From a virus (lineage: Duplodnaviria > Caudoviricetes), in IMG/VR virus record IMGVR_UViG_3300015203_000019, positions 1-35,574 of that record: a stretch of 35,574 bases of DNA. One strand, written 5' to 3'. Shown here piece after piece: positions 9,317 through 18,049 of the stretch (position 1 is the stretch's first letter; each line of letters begins with the position of its first letter). Made by a program: the position numbers and the translations under genes. The notes beneath the pieces are model-generated. The model did no database searches, had not been told where the DNA came from, and worked only from the letters and a program-made list of their open reading frames with translations.

Positions 9317-9991
9317 TCAGCGTCCTACCTTGAATTGCTCGAGGATCGCCGCCGTCTTCAGCGGCGGATGCCAACGCGACGTCTCACCGACCGCCTCGCG
9401 TACCTCGTACCAGTGCAGGACGATGTCCTTGATGGCCTGGCGCAGCGCGACCGGCACATACGACCCGTCGGCGCCGTAGCCGGCGGTGAAGGTGATCACG
9501 ATGCCGCTCCGCTGGCGCACCGGCGGAACGATCAGCGGCCAAATCTGTCCGACCTTCTTCACGAGCCGGCCCATGCCGTTCTGGGTGACCGCGTAGTAGC
9601 TCGCCGCGTCCCAGGTCGAATAGGTGCCGTCCTCGTTGTAGATCTTCACGTCCGTGATGGCGGCGAACCCGCCCTTGCGGATGTCGACCTCGCTCGAGCC
9701 GAGCATGGTGAGCGCGCCGTCCCTTTGGCCCTCCCACCACACGTCGAGGGTGCCCCGGCTGCCGGGCCAGCGGTCGAACACCAGGCGCCAGGTCTGGGTG
9801 ATGATGGCGCGGCGGGTCAGGCGCTCCACGAAGTCCCGCGCGCCCGTGATCAGACCGTCGATGTATGCGTCATCTGCCGTGGTATCGATGCGGCAGTGCT
9901 GCTTGGTCTCGTCCCGGGTTACCGGCTCGACGGAAGGGCCGGTCACCAGTTCGAGCGACCCTCGGTCGACGTTGTAGTCCGGGCGCAGCAT
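9317..9991 (-). CDS. Head-tail connector (adaptor; gp6 / phiE125 gp8-like)
   Basis: EPVTRDETKQHCRID...ITGARDFVERLTRRAIITQTW...FTAGYG...VPVALRQAI...HWYEVRE. Confidence 0.9.
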   Translation of the reverse strand: MLRPDYNVDRGSLELVTGPSVEPVTRDETKQHCRIDTTADDAYIDGLITGARDFVERLTRRAIITQTWRLVFDRWPGSRGTLDVWWEGQRDGALTMLGSSEVDIRKGGFAAITDVKIYNEDGTYSTWDAASYYAVTQNGMGRLVKKVGQIWPLIVPPVRQRSGIVITFTAGYGADGSYVPVALRQAIKDIVLHWYEVREAVGETSRWHPPLKTAAILEQFKVGR

Positions 9992-9993
9992 TT

Positions 9994-10299
9994 TTAGCCC
10001 TTCCTGGCCGGATTTTTGACTCTGGGACGGCTTTTAACCGGCTTGGGCGCAGTCTCGTCGCCCTCGTCCGATCCGGCCGCCACGGGGTCGGAAATCTGGA
10101 CCGGCGCTAGTTGCTGGTGCGCCTCGGCCGGATCGGCGCTGCAGGTCGAGAAAAAGCATGCCGCGAGGCTCTCGGGAATGTCGTACTCCTCGCCGGCCAC
10201 GTAGGTGGTCCGCTGGCCGGGCCGGGGGTAGCCGTCCTCGGTCTTGAGCATGAGCACGCGAACCGTCGGCTCGGGCTCTGGCCGGTGGCGTTGGTACAT
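9994..10299 (-). CDS. Small hypothetical head-module protein
   Basis: 101 aa with GAGGG RBS; VRVLMLK...YVAGEEYDIPESLA N-terminal domain and basic low-complexity tail, a type often seen after capsid genes. Confidence 0.6.
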   Translation of the reverse strand: MYQRHRPEPEPTVRVLMLKTEDGYPRPGQRTTYVAGEEYDIPESLAACFFSTCSADPAEAHQQLAPVQISDPVAAGSDEGDETAPKPVKSRPRVKNPARKG

Positions 10300-10312
10300 C
10301 GGTCCCTCGGGG

Positions 10313-10341
10313 TAGGGGCGGGACCTCGCGGCCCCGCCCTA
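10313..10341 (-). promoter_or_regulatory. GC-rich stem-loop after the capsid/decoration genes (mRNA stability or attenuation)
   Basis: GGGCGGG/CCCGCCC stem with GCGA tetraloop on the minus strand; no U-tract. Confidence 0.4.
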
Positions 10342-10362
10342 TTGGCTGGCGACGCGGGACGC

Positions 10363-10782
10363 TTAGCTGAGGGTGCCGTAGTTCTTGGAGCGCAGGATGT
10401 AGGTTGCCGACAGGTCGGCGTTCCCGCTGTTGGCCGTCGGCGTGATCGTGAACTGCACATAGCGATACGTGCTCACGCGGTAGCCGATCGACCTCACCTT
10501 GTTGTCGTCTGAGAAGATGAACCCGGCCGCGGCCAGCGTTCCGAGCAGATCGGAGCTGGTCATGGCCACGCTGTCGGACAGGTCGGATGCGTTGCCGTGC
10601 GCGCCGGTGATGGCGAACGTGGCATCGGCGTCGGCGAGCGTCCCGAGCTGGATCAGCAGCTCGAGGCCCCAGTAGCCCTGCAGATCGAGGATGTCCGTGG
10701 TCAGGACGGTGTTGTCGGTGAGCCGCTGCGCCGACAGCGCCTTGACGAAGGAGTAGCGGTTGTGGATGTCGTAGAAGTGCAT
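10363..10782 (-). CDS. Capsid decoration/cement protein (Bbp16-like jelly roll)
   Basis: 139 aa directly after the MCP; ILDLQGY...SDLSD...IGYRVSTYRYVQFTITP pattern. Confidence 0.6.
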   Translation of the reverse strand: MHFYDIHNRYSFVKALSAQRLTDNTVLTTDILDLQGYWGLELLIQLGTLADADATFAITGAHGNASDLSDSVAMTSSDLLGTLAAAGFIFSDDNKVRSIGYRVSTYRYVQFTITPTANSGNADLSATYILRSKNYGTLS

Positions 10783-10849
10783 TGTGGTGCTCCTGAAGGA
10801 TGATCAGGAGCGGGACCGTCGCCGACCCCGCCCCGTTGCCGGTTCGGGA

Positions 10850-12181
10850 TCAGGCGAACTTGATGAACTTCAGCGCTTCCGTGTCCATCACGTCGCCGCC
10901 GACACGGGTGGTCGTGTCGAACAGGACGTTCGGCTTGGACGTGTATGGATCGCGCAACTGGCGGATGCCCTGCCGGTCGACGATGATGTAGGCCTTCGAC
11001 CAGTCGGCCATGACGACCGAGTAGGAGTTGGCCGCAATCTCGTCCATGTCGGCGAGCTCGTCCCAATCGTAGCCGAACACCTTCTCGACGAGACCGCGAT
11101 CGGCATCGAGGCGCGGCCCGGCGATGAAGTTGCCGAGTTGGTCCTTGAACAGCCGAACGGTGCCGAGCGTGGTACGCGTGCCGCCGAAGCGCAGGTTCTG
11201 CCGGTATGGTGCCTTGAAGGCGTAGATCAGCCGCAGCAGATCGTCGGCCGGGTTGACCGTGCCAGAAGCCGTGCGCCAGGCGCCGGATGCTCCGGTGCCA
11301 AGGTACTGCACTGTGCCAAACGCGCGTCCGGCCTGGTCTGTCGTGGTGGCGAACGGATAGGTGGTGAAGCCGCGCGGCTTCGTCACGCCATCGCCCGTCA
11401 CGAACGCGGTATTCTCCGACAGGGAGAAGTCCTGCACGATCTTTTCCTGCGCCCACGCTTCCACGTCGACCATGCTGTCGTCGATCATGTTCTGCGTGAC
11501 GGCAGGCTGGCTCATTAGCTCGTGCACGGCGATGGCCATCTCGCCGACTTGGGCAGTGGTGGTCGGAGAACGCGCCGAGGTTTCACCCATCCACTTGCCG
11601 GTCGTGCGCTGGCGGTCGACCGGCACCTTGATGCTGTCGGTCGAGATCGTCATCTTGCGCGCGAACGGACGCAGCGACGAGGTTTCGAACACCTTGTTGA
11701 TGATGAAGTCGGCGCGTGCCGGCTCGACCCAGAAGCCGCCGCTCGGCGCCTCGCCGACGGACAGCGTTTTCTTCTCCAACTCCGAGAGCTTGTCGTCGCC
11801 CTTGCGCAGCCAGTTGCGGAAGGCTGCCTTGTAGGCCTTATGGGCGTCGACCACCCGAGAGCTCATCGGATCGTCAACGCCCATCCACCGCGCGAACTCG
11901 CCAAGAGCCTTGACCTCGATCGCCGCCTGTCTCGGATCGCCCGAAGCCGTGATCACGGGCCGCGAGGCTTTCCGGTGCAGAGCGTTGATCTCGTCCTTGA
12001 TCTTGTCGATTGCGGCGTTGTGCTTATCGAGGGCCGCCTTGGTGAGGGGGTCCTCGCCACGCTTTTTTGCTTGCTTGTCGAGCTCTTCGACCTTGTCCTG
12101 CAGGCCTTTGAAGGTCGACTTGATCTCGTCAAAGAGAGGCTTCACTTCCCGCACGATGTCGGGGTGTGTACCATCGGCCAT
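10850..12181 (-). CDS. HK97-fold major capsid protein with N-terminal delta (scaffold) domain
   Basis: Coiled-coil N-terminus; KKTLSVGEAPSGGFWV; ENTAFVTGDGVTKPRG; C-terminus LRDPYTSKPNVLFDTTTRVGGDV closely resembles RcGTA-type capsids. Confidence 0.96.
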   Translation of the reverse strand: MADGTHPDIVREVKPLFDEIKSTFKGLQDKVEELDKQAKKRGEDPLTKAALDKHNAAIDKIKDEINALHRKASRPVITASGDPRQAAIEVKALGEFARWMGVDDPMSSRVVDAHKAYKAAFRNWLRKGDDKLSELEKKTLSVGEAPSGGFWVEPARADFIINKVFETSSLRPFARKMTISTDSIKVPVDRQRTTGKWMGETSARSPTTTAQVGEMAIAVHELMSQPAVTQNMIDDSMVDVEAWAQEKIVQDFSLSENTAFVTGDGVTKPRGFTTYPFATTTDQAGRAFGTVQYLGTGASGAWRTASGTVNPADDLLRLIYAFKAPYRQNLRFGGTRTTLGTVRLFKDQLGNFIAGPRLDADRGLVEKVFGYDWDELADMDEIAANSYSVVMADWSKAYIIVDRQGIRQLRDPYTSKPNVLFDTTTRVGGDVMDTEALKFIKFA

Positions 12182-12193
12182 GTCTGATCGCTC

Positions 12194-12898
12194 CTAGCGA
12201 ATAGCTTCGGTCAGACGCCGGAGCTCATCCGCTAGAACGGTCAGCCCGGCGTCAGGTGGCGTACTCGCCACCTCGCCGCCAGCATCCCGCTTGGCTTTGA
12301 GGAGTGACTTAAATCCAGAGCCTATGATCTGCTCTGCTTCCGAGCGACTGAACCCCGCATCCCGCTGGAGCCAGCACTGGAACTCGCGCTCGGTAGGCAA
12401 ATCACCCTTGGATTTGACCGAGCTTATAACTGCTTCTTCATTCATTGGGAAGAGGACAAGCGAAATTTCCTTCAGCTCTACCTCTTCCAGCACACGGACC
12501 TGTTTTGTGCGGTCGTTGCTCGCCTTCTTGACGCGATAGCCGATGCTCAATCCGTCGAGCACGCCGGCCTTCATCAGAGCGTGCACCTCGCGCGCCTTGG
12601 CGAGGTCTTCGACCATCAGCTTGCCCGCGCAGAGCAGACCATTGGTGTCCTCGGCGAGGTCCTTCCAGTAGCCGACCGGCGTCAGAGGATCGTGCTCATA
12701 CAGCAGCTTGACGCCGCGCACGCCGCTTGCCGCGAGCGATTTGGTGAAAGCACCCTTGGCGACGACATCGCCGCCCAGGTCTTCGTTCCCGAACCGCGAG
12801 CCGTAACCGGAGAACTCTCCGGCATTGCCGACTTCCGGCGCGAACTTGACAAACTTGTATTCGAGGCCGCGCTCGGCGGCCGCGGTCATCCCGTGCAT
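12194..12898 (-). CDS. HK97-family prohead protease
   Basis: FSGYGSRFGNEDLGGDVVAKGAF...LLYEHD...LDGLSIGY...EISLVLFPMN; C-terminal PTEREFQCWLQRDAGFSRSEA extension. Confidence 0.95.
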   Translation of the reverse strand: MHGMTAAAERGLEYKFVKFAPEVGNAGEFSGYGSRFGNEDLGGDVVAKGAFTKSLAASGVRGVKLLYEHDPLTPVGYWKDLAEDTNGLLCAGKLMVEDLAKAREVHALMKAGVLDGLSIGYRVKKASNDRTKQVRVLEEVELKEISLVLFPMNEEAVISSVKSKGDLPTEREFQCWLQRDAGFSRSEAEQIIGSGFKSLLKAKRDAGGEVASTPPDAGLTVLADELRRLTEAIR

Positions 12899-12904
12899 GG
12901 TTGC

Positions 12905-14125
12905 TTACCTATGATAGAGGGCATGAGCGCCCGCTGCGGACTTCTGCGTGCCGCCAAGGCGCTCGATCAGCGCCTGCACCCGGAAGCGGGTGTCGTCGGT
13001 GAGGCCGTCGTCGAGGTCGCGCAGCTCGGCCAGCAATTCGGCCTGCTCTTCCTCGTCGTTGTCCTCGATGGCGCGGTCGACGCTGGTGGCTAGGGCGTCG
13101 ATTTTCTCTTTGATGGCGGCCGCGTCCTCGTCGTCGGTCGGATCCCAGAAGGCCTTGGCCGATTTGCGCATGCGCATATTGGCTTTGACGATCCGAAACA
13201 GCTCTGCTGCGCGCGCGCGTTCCTCGCCAGTCAGCTCCGTCATCATGCCGGAAAGTTCGTAGAGCAATGCCTGCAGCTCTTCATCGTCCAGCGCTTCAGG
13301 CTGTTGCAGCTGCTCGTCGATGACGTCGAGCTGCTCGGTTTCGGCCTCGGCCTTGTGTTCCATGCCCAGGCGCCGCGCCTTGCCCTCGATCTGCTGCTCG
13401 ACCGCCTGCACCTGGGCCTGCAGCTCCAGCACCTGAACGCGGAGGTCCTTGGCCTGCGCGTTGAGCTGGTCCCACTGCTCGGCGCGCGCTGCGAGGTTGT
13501 TCGCCAGCGCCTCGGCGGTGTTCTGTGCATACTGTTGGCCGAGGGTGGCTGTGATCGCTCGGATGCCGGCCGTCATGTCCTCCATGGTCGCCTTGAGGTC
13601 GTCGGCCTCGGCCTGGGTGCGCTCCCACAACGAAGAGGCGTCGTCGAGCTGGCCCTGTAGGTTCTGCAGCGCGGCTTTCAGTGCGGAGCTGGTGATGTTG
13701 CTGCGCGCGACGGGGGGAGCGGGAGCTTGGTCTTCCTGCTCCTGCACGTCATCGGTGCGGGAGAACAGCGATCCGATCTTGCTGATGGCCGCCGAGATTA
13801 GCTCGCCGATGCTGTAGCCGGGGCCGCCGTAGTTGTCGGACTGCTTGCGCTCGGACTTGCCGTCGGCATAGATCGGGTCGCGCGTGCCAGCATCGAGGAT
13901 CGGCTTGGTGCGACCGCCGGCGTTGTCCTTGCCCGCCTCGATCATGATCGGTTCGACGCCGTCGCGGCGAGCCGCTTCGAGCGAATGATGGCCGTCCAGG
14001 ACCGCGCGGCACGGCTCGCCATCGAGCTGGAATTCCGGCGTGACGAGCACGGCATAGTCGTGGTTTTCCTGCTTCTCCTTGACGACGTCGTCATCGGTGA
14101 AGCTCTGCGTGGTGATCAGCTTCAT
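12905..14125 (-). CDS. Multi-module protein: ParB/Srx-like N-terminal domain + coiled coil + two acidic helical repeats
   Basis: ATG 14125 overlaps the gpF stop (ATGA) with GAGGA RBS; 406 aa; VLDGHHSLEAARRDG ParB-N-like motif; long Q/E/A heptad region; D/E-rich C-terminus. Confidence 0.7.
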   Translation of the reverse strand: MKLITTQSFTDDDVVKEKQENHDYAVLVTPEFQLDGEPCRAVLDGHHSLEAARRDGVEPIMIEAGKDNAGGRTKPILDAGTRDPIYADGKSERKQSDNYGGPGYSIGELISAAISKIGSLFSRTDDVQEQEDQAPAPPVARSNITSSALKAALQNLQGQLDDASSLWERTQAEADDLKATMEDMTAGIRAITATLGQQYAQNTAEALANNLAARAEQWDQLNAQAKDLRVQVLELQAQVQAVEQQIEGKARRLGMEHKAEAETEQLDVIDEQLQQPEALDDEELQALLYELSGMMTELTGEERARAAELFRIVKANMRMRKSAKAFWDPTDDEDAAAIKEKIDALATSVDRAIEDNDEEEQAELLAELRDLDDGLTDDTRFRVQALIERLGGTQKSAAGAHALYHR

Positions 14126-14904
14126 GTTTCCTCTCCAATCCCCACCGGCTCGAACAGCGCGACGCACCTGCAGCGAATGATCTGCTCCGGCGGCGCGCTG
14201 AAATCGCCCGGGTAGGCCATCTCCACGCCCCCGACGATGAACGGCTCGTCGAGCGCCACCGTCTGCCCGTTGGCCTCGGCGTGATCGGGCCGGGTGCGGT
14301 GGTCCTCGGTTGCGAGCCACGTTTTTCGGTACGCCAGCGGGCTCGCTTGCGCGGCGGCAAATGCGCCGTACATGGCGGCGCCGTGCGTCTCGGTGATCGC
14401 GATCATGCGGGCGCGGGCGAGGCCGATCTCGCCCGACGTTGCCTCGACGATGTCCTGGGCGATCTGCTCGACGGACTGGTCGGTCTCCTCGCCGCGCCGG
14501 ATGACGTTGGCGATCACCTCGCGCGTGGTGTCGGAGATGCCCACGACGGCCTCGGCGGTGTGCTCCGTCATGAACTCGCGGATGGAGCTGTCGAGGTCGT
14601 CGAACGCGCTCTTGCGTGCGATCGGGTTGTGCGTGATGCGGTCGGCGAACGCGCGCGCGGTGGACACGAGCGACGGACGCAGCACTCGCGCCAGCTCGGC
14701 GCGGAGCGGCACCAGCGCCTCCTTGGCGCCGGCGTGCTTGCCGTGCCGGTAGGCTTGCGCCGCCCTCCTGCCCGCGCTCGCCAGCGTCCGCGCCACATGC
14801 GACTGCAGCGCCAGCTCGTAGGACAGCACCAGGCGCGTCTGCGCCGCCCGCTCGTAGGCCCGGCGGGTGTCGAGGTGGGGGATGCCCGCAGGGTTGACGG
14901 TCAT
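14122..14904 (-). CDS. Mu gpF / SPP1 gp7-like head morphogenesis protein
   Basis: Start ATG 14904; RARMIAITETH...KTWLATEDHRTRPDH...NGQTVALDEPF...PGD...IRCRC. Confidence 0.92.
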   Translation of the reverse strand: MTVNPAGIPHLDTRRAYERAAQTRLVLSYELALQSHVARTLASAGRRAAQAYRHGKHAGAKEALVPLRAELARVLRPSLVSTARAFADRITHNPIARKSAFDDLDSSIREFMTEHTAEAVVGISDTTREVIANVIRRGEETDQSVEQIAQDIVEATSGEIGLARARMIAITETHGAAMYGAFAAAQASPLAYRKTWLATEDHRTRPDHAEANGQTVALDEPFIVGGVEMAYPGDFSAPPEQIIRCRCVALFEPVGIGEET

Positions 14905-14909
14905 GGCGC

Positions 14910-16262
14910 TTAGTTCAGGCGCCCATGCTCGTCGACAGGATGGTGTCGGACGTACTGCCAGCGCCCGATCGTCTTGCTCGGCTTCTTCTTGTCGGCGGGC
15001 GGCTCGTCCTGGGCACCGGTGGCCGCATCGACTACGGCCGGCGTCGCGACGGGGATCTGCCCGGCCGAGACGTAGTGCTCGTCGCCGCCGTCGACCGGCT
15101 CGTAGCCCAGGGCCTCCCGCTTCTCGTTGAGCGAAAGGATGGTGTCCTTCTGCACGCGGTCCCAATGATCGAGGCGCACGGACTGCAGCGCGTCGATCTT
15201 GTCGAGGTCGGGCTCGATCGTCACGCCCTTGCCCAAGACCGGCGCGAACCAATTTTGCATGGCGCGGCACAGTTCGCGGGCGAGCGGGATGACGGCCTCC
15301 TGGTAGAAGGCGAGCCGCGCCTCCTGGTAGTTCGCATAGGTCTTGTCGCCGGGGATGCCCACCAGCTCGGGCGGTACTCCCAGCACGAATGCGATGGTGC
15401 GGGCGGAGTTGTTGAGCGCCTCGTGGTGCTCCATCTGCTCGGGGTTGAGCCCAATCTGCTTCCAGTCCATGCCGCCTTCGAGGACGATCTTCTCGCCGGG
15501 CTTCAGGTCGCGGAGCTGCTGTTTGATGCGCGAGTACATCTCCTCGGAGAGGTTGTTGCCCGTGCTCACGTCGCCCGAATACACGAAGGCGCCGGAGGGC
15601 GCGGCCGAGTTGTCGATCAGCGCCTTGTTCCACGCGGTCGCGGAGTTGTGGATGTCGATTGCCCAGGCCGCCGCGTCGAGCGGGCTCAAGCCGTACCAGT
15701 CATTCGTCGGGTTGAACGTCTTCATGTGCAGGATCGGCCGAGCGCCGCCGTCGAGGTCCACCTCGAAGGTGCGCTTGTCGCCGCCGACGGTGTACTCGTA
15801 GGCCTGCGGCGTGCCGTAGGGCCCGGGTAGCACGCGCATGCGGTCGGGCGGCAGAGCGTACAGCTCCATGCGCTCCAGCTTCTTCTCGTCGGTGCGCTCG
15901 ACAAACGTGTTGCCGGCGATCAGGCGATAGGACACCAGCGCGGAGATGAAGGCGGTGCGGTCTTGTTCGGGGTTGGGAGACTGGAGCAGGTCGAGCAACG
16001 GGTGGTCGTCGATCTCGCGCCGGGCGTCGCCCTTGCCCTCGTAGAGAACCCACGCAATGTCGGCGACCGACTTGGCGATCAGCGAGACGCAGGCGTGGAC
16101 CACGGGGTTCTGCTGGTAGCCTTCCTCGGCGAGGCGTTTGAAGTCGCGCTTCGGCCAGACCGGCTGGCCCAGCGACATGCGCGCGAGCAGCGGGCCGACG
16201 GCCGATGCCTTGCCCACCAGCGGGGCGAAGACGGCGCGGCCTACGTTCGTGAGGTAGCCCAT
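14910..16262 (-). CDS. Portal protein, HK97 family
   Basis: EGYQQNPVVHACVSLIA, HPLLDLLQSPNP, YGLSPL, GVPPELVGIPGDKTYANYQEARLAFY, LSLNEKREALGY. Confidence 0.96.
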   Translation of the reverse strand: MGYLTNVGRAVFAPLVGKASAVGPLLARMSLGQPVWPKRDFKRLAEEGYQQNPVVHACVSLIAKSVADIAWVLYEGKGDARREIDDHPLLDLLQSPNPEQDRTAFISALVSYRLIAGNTFVERTDEKKLERMELYALPPDRMRVLPGPYGTPQAYEYTVGGDKRTFEVDLDGGARPILHMKTFNPTNDWYGLSPLDAAAWAIDIHNSATAWNKALIDNSAAPSGAFVYSGDVSTGNNLSEEMYSRIKQQLRDLKPGEKIVLEGGMDWKQIGLNPEQMEHHEALNNSARTIAFVLGVPPELVGIPGDKTYANYQEARLAFYQEAVIPLARELCRAMQNWFAPVLGKGVTIEPDLDKIDALQSVRLDHWDRVQKDTILSLNEKREALGYEPVDGGDEHYVSAGQIPVATPAVVDAATGAQDEPPADKKKPSKTIGRWQYVRHHPVDEHGRLN

Positions 16263-16271
16263 CGCTGATCC

Positions 16272-16706
16272 TTACTTGTAGATTTTGTGGGCGCCTGGAG
16301 CGCTCTTGCCGGACCCGCGCATGCCTCTAAGCATCGAGCCAACGGCATCGGATACGGCCGCAGCGTTGTCAGCCCTGCTGTGGATGCCATTTGCCCGCCG
16401 CTCTTCCGGCGTCATGCTGTTGGCGATCTTGTCCATCGCATCTGCGGCTGCCGCCGCCGCTCTCTGATGGTACGCTTCGCGAATGGCGCGGACCGGATGA
16501 GCGAGGCGGCTTTGATTTTCCTCCGCATCTGACGCTCCTGCTTCTGCGCCTCCGCGCGCGACGCTGCGAACGCCAGGAGCGTTTCTTGCGGCCTCGGCGA
16601 GATGTCTCTGGCGCTCCTTATCGAGCGCGGCATGATGAGCGGCAGCGCCGAATTTGCCATCGCTGTCCCTGGGATGCTGGCTCTCGTCCCATTTGTATTC
16701 GGTCAT
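16272..16706 (-). CDS. Hypothetical protein with WDESQHPRDSDGKF motif
   Basis: ATG 16706 overlaps the terL stop (ATGA) with AGGAG RBS; 144 aa, Ala/Arg-rich helical; HPRxxDGxF motif recurs in phage head-module proteins. Confidence 0.7.
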   Translation of the reverse strand: MTEYKWDESQHPRDSDGKFGAAAHHAALDKERQRHLAEAARNAPGVRSVARGGAEAGASDAEENQSRLAHPVRAIREAYHQRAAAAAADAMDKIANSMTPEERRANGIHSRADNAAAVSDAVGSMLRGMRGSGKSAPGAHKIYK

Positions 16707-18049
16707 GCTAGGCTCCTGATCATCGGCACGCCGGGGCCTGGCCCCAGCATCAGTTCTGTGATGGCCCACACCAGCGCGTCAACGCGGTCGGGCGAATAGC
16801 CGGCTTTCGATCGGTCGAAGTCGGTCGTGAAATCGCACATCTGGGTCTCAAGCGCGGCCAGCACGCCAACGTGGTGCACGCGGCCCTGCTCGTAGAGCGC
16901 CGACACCGGCTCGGCCCGGGTGACCTTGCCGCGCGACGCATATACGAGGATCACCTTGATGTTCGGCGCCAGGTTGTGGATCACTTGGCTGATCATCTCG
17001 CCGCCCTGGTTGGCCTCGGCGACTATTGCATCCGCCCTGTGGTCGACGTAGAGCCGAAGCGCTTCAGCAGACCACTGTGCAGGCGAGAGGCCGCGCTGCG
17101 ACGCATCCGCGAGAACGTATCCGTGCCGATCGCGCTTCCCGAGGCCGGCGCAGACAATGCCGCATTCGTCCGCATCTTCTCCAGAAGTGATAGGCGGATC
17201 GATAGCGACGACGACGCGCTGAAATTCCGGGGCCTCATCGACGCGAAATTCCTCTAGCTTGCGCAGCGTCCATAGCGCGCCCGGCTTGTCCTCGAGCACC
17301 TCGGCGTGCAGCTCTTGCCGGCCTAGCCTGGTGCCCTCGTATTTCGCGCGCAGCTCGGCCAGGAAGTCGTCGGCCAGGTTCGCCGCGTTGGCGTAGGTCG
17401 ACCCGCGCGTCACGCGCACCAGCGGTGAGCCGTCGCTCGCCAGCCGCTTGTCGCCCAAGAGGTCCTTGAGCAGCTTGGCCGGGGTCGGGGTCGACGTGAT
17501 CACCGTGCGCGGGTCGTTACCGAGACGCAGACCGAACCGGAGCATGTCCCAGGCGGCCTGCATGCGCCGCCACTTCAAAAGCTCGTCGCACCAGGCGGCA
17601 TGGAACTGCGGGCCGCGAAGCGATTGCGGGTTGTCGCCCGAATACAGCTCGGCGACCGAACCGTTGGGCCAGCTCACCGTGCCGCCGTTCTTGGACGGCG
17701 CAAACGTCGCCCGGAACCACGGCTTGGCTGTTGCGATGATGCCGCTGTCGCCTGATACGCAGACCTTCTCCGCATCCTCCTTGGTTGCGGCGACGATTGC
17801 GATGCGGCAGGGCGAGGCCTGCGCCCGTTCGTGGCACCACTCGGCGCCGACGCGGGTTTTGCCGAAGCCGCGCCCGGCGAGCAGGAGCCAAATGCGCCAC
17901 GCGGTGTCGGGCGGGAGCTGGTCCTCGCGCGCCCAGAAGCCGCGCCAGTCGTGCTCGAGGAACTGAAGCTCTTTCTCGTCAAGGCTGTTTAGAAACGCCA
18001 GCCTCTGCTGCCATCGCAGCAATGCGAGCGAGCTTGCTCTCAACTGCAC
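16703..18049 (-). CDS. terL: Terminase large subunit (GTA-like terminase_6 family)
   Basis: Walker A AGRGFGKT, LRGPQFHAAWCDE Walker B, nuclease VVAIDPP...SPDRVDALVWA; start GTG 18049 or TTG 18043, overlapping terS. Confidence 0.96.
   Translation of the reverse strand: MQLRASSLALLRWQQRLAFLNSLDEKELQFLEHDWRGFWAREDQLPPDTAWRIWLLLAGRGFGKTRVGAEWCHERAQASPCRIAIVAATKEDAEKVCVSGDSGIIATAKPWFRATFAPSKNGGTVSWPNGSVAELYSGDNPQSLRGPQFHAAWCDELLKWRRMQAAWDMLRFGLRLGNDPRTVITSTPTPAKLLKDLLGDKRLASDGSPLVRVTRGSTYANAANLADDFLAELRAKYEGTRLGRQELHAEVLEDKPGALWTLRKLEEFRVDEAPEFQRVVVAIDPPITSGEDADECGIVCAGLGKRDRHGYVLADASQRGLSPAQWSAEALRLYVDHRADAIVAEANQGGEMISQVIHNLAPNIKVILVYASRGKVTRAEPVSALYEQGRVHHVGVLAALETQMCDFTTDFDRSKAGYSPDRVDALVWAITELMLGPGPGVPMIRSLA

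Noticed and set aside
12905-14125. ParABS partition system
   Set aside because: Only a ParB-N-like motif is present; no HTH, no ParA ATPase and no parS-like repeats nearby
14122-14904. MuF polymorphic toxin fusion
   Set aside because: gpF ends shortly after the CRC motif with no toxin extension, and no obvious immunity gene follows
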